Shown here piece by piece: positions 36,619 to 49,465 of a stretch of 56,452 nt of DNA. A program made the position numbers and the translations under genes. Numbering within the stretch: the first letter of the stretch is position 1; each line of letters starts with the position of its first letter. Below the pieces are notes generated by a model, which was not told the DNA's origin, did not search any database, and saw only the letters and a program-made list of their open reading frames with translations. This DNA is from Octopus bimaculoides (Eukaryota), in contig NC_068981.1 of NCBI RefSeq assembly GCF_001194135.2, positions 122,942,371 through 122,998,822 of the forward strand. The letters run 5' to 3'.

Positions 36619-36884
36619 GTGTGTGTAAACGTCTACAACAATCAACAATGAATCAGATTCACACGCAATTATATCGATTGACGAAAGGAAACCATCCAAA
36701 ACGTAGGTTTTCGTGTTTATTTTGAGAGTGACAAGTCATCTCATCTGTCCGCTACGTAATATGCGATTTTTGGGTTGTACTGTCTTGAAAAACCACTTTC
36801 ATCCATGAAAAAAAAATGTTCAGCAAAAAGGATTCATATGTGCTCCTATACGTCACACTGCACTCTATGTATGTTTTGTTTATA

Positions 36885-37101
36885 TTCTTTTATTCTTTTA
36901 CTTGTTTCAATTTGAGTGCGTCCATGCTGGAGCATCATCATTAGTTGAACAAATCGACCTTAGGACTTATTCTTTGTAAGCTTAGTACTTATTCTATCGG
37001 TCTCTTTTGCCGAACCGCTTAGTTTTGGTGACGTAAACTCACCACCATCCGTTATCAAGCGACGTTGGTGACACACAAATACATAATATATATATATATA
37101 C

Positions 37102-37151
<50 letters not shown>

Positions 37152-37317
37152 GATGAGCTTCTTTCAGTTCCTGTCTACCAAATCCGCCCATAAGTCTTTA
37201 TTCCGCCCGAGGGTATAGTAGAAGACATTCGGCCAAGGCGCCACACAGTGGGACTGAACCCGGAACCATGTAGTTGGGAAGCAAGCTTCTTACCACACAG
37301 CCACTCCTGCGCCTATA
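36885..37317 (-). mobile_element. tRNA-derived SINE, full length
   Basis: Minus-strand head ATAGGCGCAGGAGTGGCTGTGTGGTAAG...GGGTTCAGTCCCACTG; homologous to three other copies in the window. Confidence 0.9.
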
Positions 37318-39519
37318 TTTCACTTAGGTATAGTGTGACTAATAAACTGGCGTAAAACTCAATATACGTATGGTTCAGAACACAATTTTAGATGAGTATA
37401 GAGTGGTAATAGAAACAAAGAAATGACGTCAATGGATTTTGATGGTACGTGGGAGTAAATAATAATAGTATTGTTTTAGAAATAATATTAATTTGGAATT
37501 GTATTACTTTAGGAAGCTCCAATATCCCGATTGTCATTGAAGTTACGTCTCCCACATGTAATTGAGGTATTATTTTATTATAAAGGCTTCAACGCTCGAG
37601 ATTCCTGCTTAGAACATTGAAGCGACACAACTTGAAAGCCTTGCTCAGAACCGGCAAACCTAGTGCTCCCTCTGCGACGAAGGAGTGAGAAACTTGAGGA
37701 AAAGAGACGTCAATGTCATCTCAAACTCATCAAGAACATAATGGACACGTTTCTTTGAAATATGTGTTCAAAGACATGCCATTTCAGGATCGGACTGTTT
37801 TCACATCTATCAACCCACAAAATGTAGGATGAAACTCCTAGAGGATAACATCGTCGTCAACACTGACGGATAGCTATACGCAAGTAAGTATTATAAAACA
37901 TACGGTGGGTAATACGCACACCAGTGACATGGAATTAGAAAGTACATCAAAAATGAACTTAACACCTTACAGCCCTTGCGAAATAAAGCAACATTTTTAC
38001 ATATTACCTCCTTTCTTTAGAATTTATAGATTTCATTGTTTTCATATTGCAAATAACAGGAATATAACTTCATAATAACCACAGCTGAGTGGAAATAAGA
38101 TATTTTTACAGTACTTGATGAGAGACAATTTGATAGCCATGGTGAGACGGACTAATTGATCTACAATATCTTACGAGGTATATTTTTATAGATAAGCTAT
38201 CTGCGAAACACACATGTCACTTATACTCATCAAGTGTCTGGAACATCCTACAAATTTGTGTTTAATAGGCTTCAACAATCTTATTTAACGTTGAGTTTCG
38301 ACCAGAAACATACACAAAATTATAATTGATTTTATCTGTTACATTTCTTCTCCAATACTTCCAAATATTCAATTGAGTGTACCAACTCACTTTTACATAA
38401 GAGTAGACTGATGAAATTTCCTGTTACACTTAAAAACTCCTTTAACAGTTTTCGATTAATTCTTCTTACTTGAATGTATCCAGTGTTATTCATCGTCAGT
38501 GTCATTGTACATTAACGAATATTTTTGTAGTGATGATTAAGGGAAAAAATCTATGTTGTTCAAACTGGTACTGAACCAATGTTCCTTATGCAGCGCACTT
38601 GAAACATACCACTATTGAGTATTGATTTCACGTACTTCAAATTATTTTTTGTCAGTATGATTTCGTTTAATAGCTTTCCATAAAAAAATGTAAAGCGCAT
38701 TTTCTATTTCAAATAGGAGTTTAATTCTTCTGGAACTATAAAGTAAAACAAGAAAAAAATATTTTTAAAAAAATGTAACTGTTACGTCCTCTTAATGAAA
38801 GCTTTCTTTTATTTTCGAATTCACGTTTTCAGTAAATATCAGTCTGACCATGAATAAACATTGCTGAAACCAAACTATTTCATTGTAAAAAATTGTTGGC
38901 TTTATATTGGCATTTCGCTTTGTTTCGTGCAACTCGGCGTATGCTTTGTTAACAAAATTCAAAGAATAACCAATCCTTTTTAAAGGTCACGTTTTTAAAT
39001 AGTTGTAACATTTTTCTGTCTTTTAGTAAACTTTGTGTTAGTTCATACCCAATAGCAATGTGTAATGCAGGCATGTGCACATTTCTCTATTGTGTGTTAC
39101 TAAATCTACAGTGCGCTTCGCACGAGAGAATGAGAAATAAAATTTGGAGTTGCCTAGACTGAGAGTCGGTTACGCTTTCTGCTTGCGGTGACAATACGTT
39201 TATTTAGCTCTCTAAACCATTTCTCAACGTATACTCACAATCCAAACTATTATAAAATACTATTATAGAACTATTATAAAATGGGCAATTTCATAATTTA
39301 GAATACTAATACTAACTGCGAAATACAATTATTCTAGTGGAAGATGTTCCTGGTAGACCAAGAACTTGACGCTTTTGCAATTTTATATTCAAGAATGCCT
39401 ATGAAAGTAAAGTTTTAAATTTCCTTTTCTCTTAGCAAATGATCTTATGTATTTTGCCAAAAAGAAATCGGCATTACAGCCAATGGCATTTTATTGTGTA
39501 TATATATATATATATATAT

Positions 39520-40320
39520 ACGCCCCCCCCCCATTTTCGCCAACGCCAACACCAACGGCCACAACATCATCATCGACGAAGGAAACACCAGCAGCAACAT
39601 CAGCAATAGTAGGCACGACACTGACTCCACGCATCCAAGGAAATACACCGGATGCGCGGGAACGTCCTTCAAGAAACGTCTCTTCGACCACAAATCCTTC
39701 TTTAGGGTCCTGGAAAGGAGATATGTAACATCGCTCTGCAGCCATATCTGGCAACTGAAGAAAGATAGAATTCCATACTCGATATGGAAAATCCTCCACC
39801 GTCCGGGTCCATACATAAATGGAACGAAACGCTGCACGCTATGCGTAGCCGAACGCATGGAAATTCTGAAAAACTTAAAAACGTAACAGGGAACATACTG
39901 AACTCCAGAGCGGAGATTTTCGGATCCTGCTTGCATTTCAGGAAATTCCAATTAACGTTTTGGGAACTGCATAATAACTACGACTGCGGTATAAGCGATT
40001 ATATTTATACCACGGCTGAAAATTCATTGCTGTTGTGATTGAGAGATATCCCCTTACCTTCTACCTTCACGGCCGACACGTGGCGTAGCTGAAGGAGGTC
40101 GAAATAGCCGGAAGCCGATGACCAGCCGATGACCACCAGAAAAGGAGATAACTCCCATTGTTTCTATCCGGTTCGTTTCCCCCTCCATACTTTAAAGAGG
40201 TCATAAGTCATCAAGTTTTAGGGTCTGATGATACGCCATATACATGCTCTTTATGGCGAGAAACCCAGAGTAAATCTATAAACAGGCATTCACGAGTAAT
40301 AAATGAATAAATGAATATAT
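39520..40320 (+). mobile_element. Penelope-like relic: GIY-YIG C-terminus and 3' pLTR-like region with hammerhead
   Basis: ORF 39494-39886 reads KYTGCAGTSFKKRLFDHKS...SHIWQLKKD...CTLCVAERMEIL, then RAEIFGSCLHFRKF (Poseidon/Penelope-type EN tail). Confidence 0.8.
40219..40278 (+). ncRNA. Partly decayed minimal type I hammerhead motif
   Basis: TAGGGT CTGATGA TA CGCCATA-TACATGCTCTT-TATGGCG A GAAA CCCAGAG TA AATCTA. Core boxes are intact, helix II has a perfect 7-bp stem, the triplet is GUA, and helix I has one mismatch and one wobble. Confidence 0.6.
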
Positions 40321-40410
40321 GTCACCATGAAATATCGTATTGAAATATGTTTGGACATCCTGCCAGTTTCGCTACGAGCTTACAATGTACATCCTGTCCT
40401 TTAAGCACCC

Positions 40411-40498
<88 letters not shown>

Positions 40499-40502
<4 letters not shown>

Positions 40503-40895
40503 CACAGGAGTGGTGGGTAGTAAGTAGCTTACCAGCCACATAGTTTGGGTTTCAGTCCCACTGCGGGGAACCTTCAACAAGTGTCTTCTACCATAGACTT
40601 GAGCCGAAGAAATCCTTGTGAGTGGATTTGGCAGACGGGAACTGAAAGAAGCGCGTCGTATATATCGCTGTGTGTGTGTCTCTGTGTGTGTATGTGTATG
40701 TGTTTGTGTTTGTCCTCCCACTATCGCTTGACAACCGATGTTGGTGTGTTTATGTGACGGTAACTTAGCGGTTCGGCAAAAGACACCAATAGAATAAGTA
40801 CTAGGCCTACAAAAAATATGTCCTAGGGTTGATTTGTTCGACTAAAGGCGTTGCCCCAGCATGGCCACATTCAAATGACTGAAACAAATAAAAGA
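40499..40895 (+). mobile_element. tRNA-derived SINE, full length
   Basis: Same family as 36885-37317, in the opposite orientation. Confidence 0.9.
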
Positions 40896-40902
40896 ATAGA
40901 AG

Positions 40903-40935
<33 letters not shown>

Positions 40936-41184
40936 NNNNNNNNNNNNNNNNNNNNNNNNNNNNNNNNNNNNNNNNNNNNNNNNNNNNNNNNNNNNNNNNN
41001 NNNNNNNNNNNNNNNNNNNNNNNNNNNNNNNNNNNNNNNNNNNNNNNNNNNNNNNNNNNNNNNNNNNNNNNNNNNNNNNNNNNNNNNNNNNNNNNNNNNN
41101 NNNNNNNNNNNNNNNNNNNNNNNNNNNNNNNNNNNNNNNNNTATATATTACGCAGTTAGTAATAGTATGCTAAATTATGAAATT

Positions 41185-41215
<31 letters not shown>

Positions 41216-41611
41216 GTATGCTAAATTATATATATATATGTATATATATATATTCCTGTCTGTCTGTCTCTCCGTCTCTATAGCTATTTGACTGTCTGTC
41301 TATCTATCTATCTATCTATCTATCCATGTATCATTTTACCTGTCTGTCTACTTATTTATCTACCTTTCTACATTTATATCTACTACCATGTCCAGAAACT
41401 TATATATTTTATGTTCTTAATCTCTTACATCCACGAACTGTTAAAACTTTTACATTCCTAAATCTATTACAAAAATTAAAGATCCTCATATCTAATTTTC
41501 TCTTGCTTTATCTTATTTTGATTTGTTTTATTTCACCCGCCGCATCTACCTTCCTAACTGCCCCTACTAACGGCGTTACTCTGTTATATATGGATATATG
41601 TGTGTAAAAAA

Positions 41612-41825
41612 ACAGCCCTTCGGTAATGAATAATCATGGGATTGCACTTAGAAAGTTAGCCTGCAAAGCACAAGTCTGGGCAAGAATGTTTATAGAAGAC
41701 CAGCAGTCACCTATGCATACCAGCCTCCCCTCTCCACACCACTGAAGATATCCAATGGAAAGGAATAGACAGATACAGCTTAGCACCAGTGACGTCGCAA
41801 CGCATTTCTACAGATGAGTGAACTA
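41612..41825 (-). mobile_element. SINE body/tail fragment
   Basis: The minus strand contains TTCACTCATCTGTAGAAATG, related to TCCACTCAGCTGGAAAAAATGAG in the SINE at 54580. The remainder matches a recalled Octopus repeat. Confidence 0.5.
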
Positions 41826-43254
41826 TTGGTTATTCTTATGACTTGTATATTTTAGTCGCAACTCATTTGCCACTGCTTTTCGGTGACAGAGCAGAATTAT
41901 CCAACATGTAATCATCGCTACTATGAATATTATAGACATATGACACATTAACGCTAAATTACTGCTCGGAATACTCTAGCTTCTTAAATCTAATCTAACC
42001 AGTGTAAAAGTAATACCAAAGAAGAGCTGGCTATAAATAATATGCAGCTCGAGTATGGTAGATGAGCACTTATATATGAGATTATATCATTTGTATAATA
42101 TTGTTACATAAACGTAGTAAAAATATAGTTGATTAGAATTAACAGCTGTTTCAAACATATCTCGATTGATATTAAAATGCATGGTATGCAAACAGATGTG
42201 CTTAAGGAAGCAATAATAATACACCAATGAATGAGAATTTATTATCAACACCTAAGTATGAAACTTTAATATGTTCAAGATGGAAATACTGAATCACCGA
42301 ATTTTCTGTTCAAATAATGAGTATGCGAAATGCAAATTTCATAGCGGTAAGTCTATTTTTAAGTGCTTAGAAATGCCACTAAATAGAAAAAGAGGGATTA
42401 TGGATGGTGCAGTAGAAAGAGTCGTAGAAAGAGAAGTTATGAAAGCGAGATGATGTAAGAACAATGAGAGAGAAAGTGTAAGAAAGATATGTAGAAAGCA
42501 GAAAGAAGACAAGAGACAAGGAAAAGTGGAGAACACATGAACAGAGTATAATCAGTTAGAATCACGTTAGTCAATACGAATAAAATTTGAAAAAAAATAG
42601 AGGAGGAAGATCAAATAGAATTCATTAAAAGAAGTTAAAATAATGCAAAAAATGAGGTAAGCAGTTAGGCTTCCCCAGCTAACTAATGGCAGATTGCTCG
42701 CTTAAATTCAGTATAAGCATGTGAGAGTGCGCAATAGACAAGGCAGGAAATCGCAATAAAATGTAAAGAACTAAAAGTGAGGATGAAGAAAATATAAAAT
42801 TTACGTAAATAATTTGAAAAAGGAATGAAAGTTAACTTTAAAACGTAAAACGTGGGCGTCTAAAAATCATTAATACATAGTTATAAAAAGAATTTTGCAC
42901 ATTTTAAGCCAACGTAGGAGTAATAACATGCTACAGTTATAATTAGTTCTAAATTATACTTGGAGAAGGAAGTATAAAAGTTAAGACGAGAATGTTAGGT
43001 CGAAATACATGTCGGTAGTTGTCGAAGATGATAAAACATACCAGGTTTGTAGTGAAAAAATAAACGTTTTACAAAATCAATGTATACAGAATGTAATTGG
43101 ACCACGTTATTTGTTAAGGAAAATATCTCCATTATCACTTAATATTTCGAATGATTTCTTACTGCAGAGATTGCATTCGGCACAACAGCCATCTTAAGGA
43201 TTCTCTGTCCTGAGAAGCAAGAAGAGCCACTGCCTGGTACTGCATCAGGGTATT

Positions 43255-43280
43255 TATTATTATCATTATTATTATTATTA

Positions 43281-43341
<61 letters not shown>

Positions 43342-43372
43342 CATTATTATTATTATCATTATTATTATTAGA
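43255..43372. repeat. (ATT)n/(ATC) microsatellite
   Basis: Read directly from the sequence. Confidence 0.97.
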
Positions 43373-43920
43373 TCAACAAAAACAGCTACTACTACTACAA
43401 TTAATATAGTTAAAACATTAGAATTGTTATAATACGAATATTATCATTACTGAGTGAGGGAGCAGTGCATGGCATCAAAGTGACATTGGGGTAAAATACA
43501 CGAAGCCTAGTATACCCATAATAACTACCTGTCTGATAAGGATACACCTGGCATATGCGTCATAAACATTTGTGCGTGACATGTTGATCCCATATCAAGA
43601 TAAACACTGCATGACCTTGCAGATGGGGGCCAAGTTAGGTTGAGCAGCTCATTCTGCTCAAAAGTTCCCTGAATAAGGGTTGTTTAAGGATATTCAACGA
43701 AAACGAAACACCCATGTTTCTAGAGGTGAATTATTCAGACTCCAAAGAATTCCATTCAACGCATGACTATGATGCTCCCCATTACTGCTCCACGCGATCA
43801 AAGATGCGCACATCGTCAGACACTAAGGGACATTCTTAACTGGTTAAGGTCAAACATTTGACCGGCAAATCTGTGGTATTGAGCAAAATATTTGTTGTAT
43901 CACATCTTTTATAACAAGAC

Positions 43921-45420
43921 AGTTATTATTAAATTATTGTTATTCGGCAGTCTTATTTTTATCATGTGCTTTCATTGCACTAACGAGCGGAGATCTGTGT
44001 AACTTGGGTTTATGCTCTGGTTTGTTGTGATGTTCTTATTTTTACTGTATTGAAGCTGTTTTACGTAGCATGTTTGCAGTACCTAGTAGAGCTATTTTCT
44101 GTATGTTATATATACTTGCTAGTCCTGGTGTTTTCAATACAGTAAATGTACACTTTCAATACAGTAAAAATAAGAACATCACAACAAACCACAGCATATA
44201 CCCAAGTCACACAGATCTGCGCTCGCTAGAGCAATGAAAGTACATGATAAAAATAAGACTACTGAACAATAATTTCTCCATTTCTTTTAGAAAAGCATTG
44301 CCATCTCTTGGTATTGATACATCAATTAGAAAGCATTTTTTTTTATTTTGATGATCTCTAACCACAATATCCTGCATCTTGCCTTTCATTTCTCTATCTG
44401 CATGTATTGGCATATTCCATAGTATGGTTGCTTTCTCATATTTGTGACATTTTCTGGCGTGTGCCTATACCGTCTATTTTCTGTTGTTATTCCATAGTGT
44501 TTGCATAGCTTCCAGTGTATATAGATTTCAACTCTGTCGTGTCTGTAAATATATTCCTTCTAAACCAGGACTGGGCAGCCTGCGACAATATCGTTTATTG
44601 TTTCTTCTCTATCTCTACATATTCTGTAGTAACTAGTTATATTTGTCATCGTTATATGTTTTTGATACTTTCTGATGGGGAGGCTTTGTTCCTGTGCTGC
44701 AATAAAATATCCTTCAGTCTCTGCTTTGGAACCTGAGCTTCTCAGCCATTGTTGGGATTTTGCTTTGTCTATTTCTTTTTTGTTTAGTTTAACCCAGTAT
44801 TTGCCATGAAGGAGCCCTTCTTGCCATCATTTTATCATGATCCGTTGCTGTTACAGTTTTAGTTTGGATTTAAATTGTTTAACATCTTTCGTTGTTTTTT
44901 CTTTTTCTTCTTAGTTGTTAGGTAGTATGACTTCTTTTTTGTATTTATCAGTTTCCTTAAAGACTGAAAACAGTCTTTTATTTCGTTCGTGTTTTGTAGC
45001 TATTTGTATTAGTTTTCTTTGCTTTTGAAATAAGTACTTTTCTAGTTCTATGATGGTTATTTTGTAATAGTTTTCTGGTTGTATAAGACCTCTAGCACCT
45101 AATCGTTGTATATATAACCTTCTTATTTAAGATATTGGGTGGTGCATCCTAAATCCTGTCATTATTTTTCTTATTTCCATTGTCTATTTTGAATAGTTCA
45201 TGTAGTGTCCAGTTAAGGATACTGTAGCTGCAACTTATAACTGGGACGGCTAGAATGTTGATACCTATTATCTTGGTTTTCGCATTGAGCTCTATTTTCT
45301 GTATTAATTAACTTGCCTGGAGTATTCTTCTTTATTTTCTCTTTTATTTGTGTGTGTTGTATCGTATCTAGTTCATTGCTTCTTAAGTATTTGTATGTCT
45401 GGCATTTGTCTAAGTCTATT
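43921..45420 (-). mobile_element. R4/Dong-type copy 2 (5'-truncated, rearranged, with an inverted 3'-end duplicate at 44155-44273)
   Basis: The reverse complement is colinear with 31640-33220 (MPIHADRE...DIVVRDHQ...FLIDVSIP...KEMEK). The 3' end at 43921-44140 is followed by an AAT-like tail. Confidence 0.88.
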
Positions 45421-46021
45421 ATTAATATTCTTCTTCTTCTTCTTCTTCTTCTTCTTCTTCTTCTTCTTCTTCTTCTTCTTCTTCTTCTTCTTCTTCTTCT
45501 TCTTCTTCTTCTTCTTCTTCTTCTTCTTCNNNNNNNNNNNNNNNNNNNNNNNNNNNNNNNNNNNNNNNNNNNNNNNNNNNNNNNNNNNNNNNNNNNNNNN
45601 NNNNNNNNNNNNNNNNNNNNNNNNNNNNNNNNNNNNNNNNNNNNNNNNNNNNNNNNNNNNNNNNNNNNNNNNNNNNNNNNNNNNNNNNNNNNNNNNNNNN
45701 NNNNNNNNNNNNNNNNNNNNNNNNNNNNNNNNNNNNNNNNNNNNNNNNNNNNNNNNNNNNNNNNNNNNNNNNNNNNNNNNNNNNNNNNNNNNNNNNNNNN
45801 NNNNNNNNNNNNNNNNNNNNNNNNNNNNNNNNNNNNNNNNNNNNNNNNNNNNNNNNNNNNNNNNNNNNNNNNNNNNNNNNNNNNNNNNNNNNNNNNNNNN
45901 NNNNNNNNNNNNNNNNNNNNNNNNNNNNNNNNNNNNNNNNNNNNNNNNNNNNNNNNNNNNNNNNNNNNNNNNNNNNNNNNNNNNNNNNNNNNNNNNNNNN
46001 NNNNNNNNNNNNNNNNNNNNN

Positions 46022-46511
46022 TTTGCTATGTATTTGTCTGAATATTTTTTTATTAAACCTAAGGCGCCTACTATGATTGGAATTGTTTCTGTTTTTAGAT
46101 TCCACATTGGAGTTATCTCTATTTCCAGGTTTTTGTGTTTTGAAAGATTCTCCATTTCTTTTAGGGAAACGTTGTCATCTGCTGGTATTGATACATCAAT
46201 TAGAAAGCATTTTTTTCCTTCATGATCTTTGACGACTATATCTGTTCTATTGGCCTTAATTTCTCTATCTGTGTGTATTGGCATATCCCAGAGTATGGTT
46301 GCTTTCTAGTTTACTATGACCTTTTATGGCGTGTGTTTATACCATCTTTTGCCTGTTGTTATTCCAAAGTGCTGGCATAGCTTCCAGTGTATATAGGTCC
46401 CAGCTCTGTCGTGTCTGTGAATATATTCCCTCTTAGCCAGGACTGGGCAGCCAGATATATGATTTATTGTATCTTGTCCATCGCCACATATTCTGCAGTT
46501 ACTTGCTTCTT
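46022..46511 (-). mobile_element. R4/Dong-type copy 3 (CCHC-REL segment between gaps)
   Basis: SNCRICGDGQDTINHISGCPVLAKREYIHRHD; NRTDIVVKDH...FLIDVSIP...PIIVGALG. Flanked across gaps by (TTC)n at 45428-45529 and (ATT)n at 46891-46916. Confidence 0.88.
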
Positions 46512-47762
46512 NNNNNNNNNNNNNNNNNNNNNNNNNNNNNNNNNNNNNNNNNNNNNNNNNNNNNNNNNNNNNNNNNNNNNNNNNNNNNNNNNNNNNNNNN
46601 NNNNNNNNNNNNNNNNNNNNNNNNNNNNNNNNNNNNNNNNNNNNNNNNNNNNNNNNNNNNNNNNNNNNNNNNNNNNNNNNNNNNNNNNNNNNNNNNNNNN
46701 NNNNNNNNNNNNNNNNNNNNNNNNNNNNNNNNNNNNNNNNNNNNNNNNNNNNNNNNNNNNNNNNNNNNNNNNNNNNNNNNNNNNNNNNNNNNNNNNNNNN
46801 NNNNNNNNNNNNNNNNNNNNNNNNNNNNNNNNNNNNNNNNNNNNNNNNNNNNNNNNNNNNNNNNNNNNNNNNNNNNNNNNNNNNNNNNNNNATTATTACT
46901 ATTATTATTATTATTAAAGTGACAGAAGCAGTGTTAATATGAAACGTTAAAATATTCACCCCTTACAAATGGATGTTGAGTTAGAATAAACAAATGCTAC
47001 GACATGTACCCAGAAGTAAAAACTCTCAAGTGAATTTTCGGTGCATAAAAACACATCATAGCTATCACCTGTGGCAATCACCGCTTGCTCCCAAGACTAT
47101 CAGATCATGTGACTAGGCCTCTTTATTATAATTATTAGAGACTGTAGCGGCAGTGGCAGTGCCGATGCCAACATTAGCATGATTCCTGTGTAAATCCTTA
47201 TTTTTTTATTTTTATTTCTAAATTTTCTTACGGACTCAATAACATTATTTTGAGGTATAATATGGGCAAAGGCACTGCAAGTGTTATTAATAGTCAGTAT
47301 TGCTAGTAGTCACATGGATATTTTTATTATTACAATTATTATATTGAAGATAATAAGGATTACTATACACCAGATTGTGTATGGATAATCCCAAATTTTA
47401 TATATTAGAAACCACGGTCAAAAATCATGTAGATTTTTTTATTAATGAAGCAGAAATTCGGCTGTTTGTGAGCTTTACACAAAAGTGTGTATTAAAGCAC
47501 ATGATCGCATTACTTACCCTCTCCATATTAACATTTACGTCTCACTATCTTCCTCCTCTCATACTGAATATTATATGCACTGGTATTCTCCGGAATTCGT
47601 GCTCTAGCACCAGTCCCTACTATACAGATTATTGCACAAAACACTTAGCCGAATCCTTCCTATCTAGAAGACCGGAGTTCTGGAATTGACTCTGTATATG
47701 TTATTTTTTTTCCAGCAGTGACCAACTTTGACGATATTGATATTACAAATGAGAAGGACTAA

Positions 47763-47852
47763 AGCAGCGAGCTGGCACAGACGTTAGCATGCCGGGTGGA
47801 ATGCTTACCGGTATTTCGTCTCTCTTTACGTTCAGAGTCCAAATTCCGCCGG
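47763..47852 (+). mobile_element. SINE head (tRNA-derived), 3'-truncated
   Basis: GCAGCGAGCTGGCACAGACGTTAGCATGCCGGG...GAGTCCAAATTCCGCC; aligns with 23757-23805 and with the family at 13495-13670. Confidence 0.7.
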
Positions 47853-49465
47853 GGAAGAAGTAACAGTTGCATACTACGGTCGATTAGGAGGATTAGAGAT
47901 TGTGATAGATATATTTTTCTTCAGACGAAGTAAATAGTAGGAGTACTGTACGTAGGACTGATGTTAGGCATAGGTAACTAATGATTATTAGATATTATAT
48001 AACACGGTGGAATGTATTACACTTCCTACGAGTTGTTTACTTAGAGCCACATAAAATATTCTATCAACGTTACAGTAAATGTATGGGGATGGCACAGACC
48101 AAGATCATTGAAACCTTGATGTAATCTAATTTATTCTACGTAGCCTACGTACATTTACATTGTAAATTATATATGCATTTGCTTCAATATGCATTGTATT
48201 TACCATAATATTCTAAAATAACCTAGTCAAATTAATACATAAATGTACATATTCATAGATTTGAACAGACATGCACATACACATATCGCTATTTGTGTGT
48301 GTGTCTGTGTATGTATGTGTCTTTGTGTGCGCGTACATAAGATATATAATATATACTTAGATATATACAATATATAATTTAATTTCATCTGGGTAATACG
48401 CTTATAGTATACTTTGCAAGGCTCCTCCAGGGGTATCGACTATCATATGCTGTAACACAGCAGAGATTCTCCTTTTACTAGATGTTCATCTGCAACGTCA
48501 TTAATATCCGGAAAATTCATACGAAACAATTATGGTGCAAGAATATGGAATGACCAATACTTAATTCAAATCTCTAAAATTGTTTCTGTGAATTATCATC
48601 AGCTCGTAATTACTGACTGTTCAACATATTATACACTTCATTGCATTAGTATGACATAAACCAACAATAGCTGTGTTCCAGCACATTTTCAGGTGAGTGG
48701 ATTTGAGANNNNNNNNNNNNNNNNNNNNNNNNNNNNNNNNNNNNNNNNNNNNNNNNNNNNNNNNNNNNNNNNNNNNNNNNNNNNNNNNNNNNNNNNNNNN
48801 NNNNNNNNNNNNNNNNNNNNNNNNNNNNNNNNNNNNNNNNNNNNNNNNNNNNNNNNNNNNNNNNNNNNNNNNNNNNNNNNNNNNNNNNNNNNNNNNNNNN
48901 NNNNNNNNNNNNNNNNNNNNNNNNNNNNNNNNNNNNNNNNNNNNNNNNNNNNNNNNNNNNNNNNNNNNNNNNNNNNNNNNNNNNNNNNNNNNNNNNNNNN
49001 NNNNNNNNNNNNNNNNNNNNNNNNNNNNNNNNNNNNNNNNNNNNNNNNNNNNNNNNNNNNNNNNNNNNNNNNNNNNNNNNNNNNNNNNNNNNNNNNNNNN
49101 NNNNNNNNNNNNNNNNNNNNNNNNNNNNNNNNNNNNNNNNNNNNNNNNNNNNNNNNNNNNNNNNNNNNNNNNNNNNNNNNNNNNNNNNNNNNNNNNNNNN
49201 NNNNNNNNNNNNNNNNNNNNNNNNNNNNNNNNNNNNNNNNNNNNNNNNNNNNNNNNNNNNNNNNNNNNNNNNNNNNNNNNNNNNNNNNNNNNNNNNNNNN
49301 NNNNNNNNNNNNNNNNNNNNNNNNNNNNNNNNNNNNNNNNNNNNNNNNNNNNNNNNNNNNNNNNNNNNNNNNNNNNNNNNNNNNNNNNNNNNNNNNNNNN
49401 NNNNNNNNNNNNNNNNNNNNNNNNNNNNNNNNNNNNNNNNNNNNNNNNNNNNNNNNNNNNNNNNN

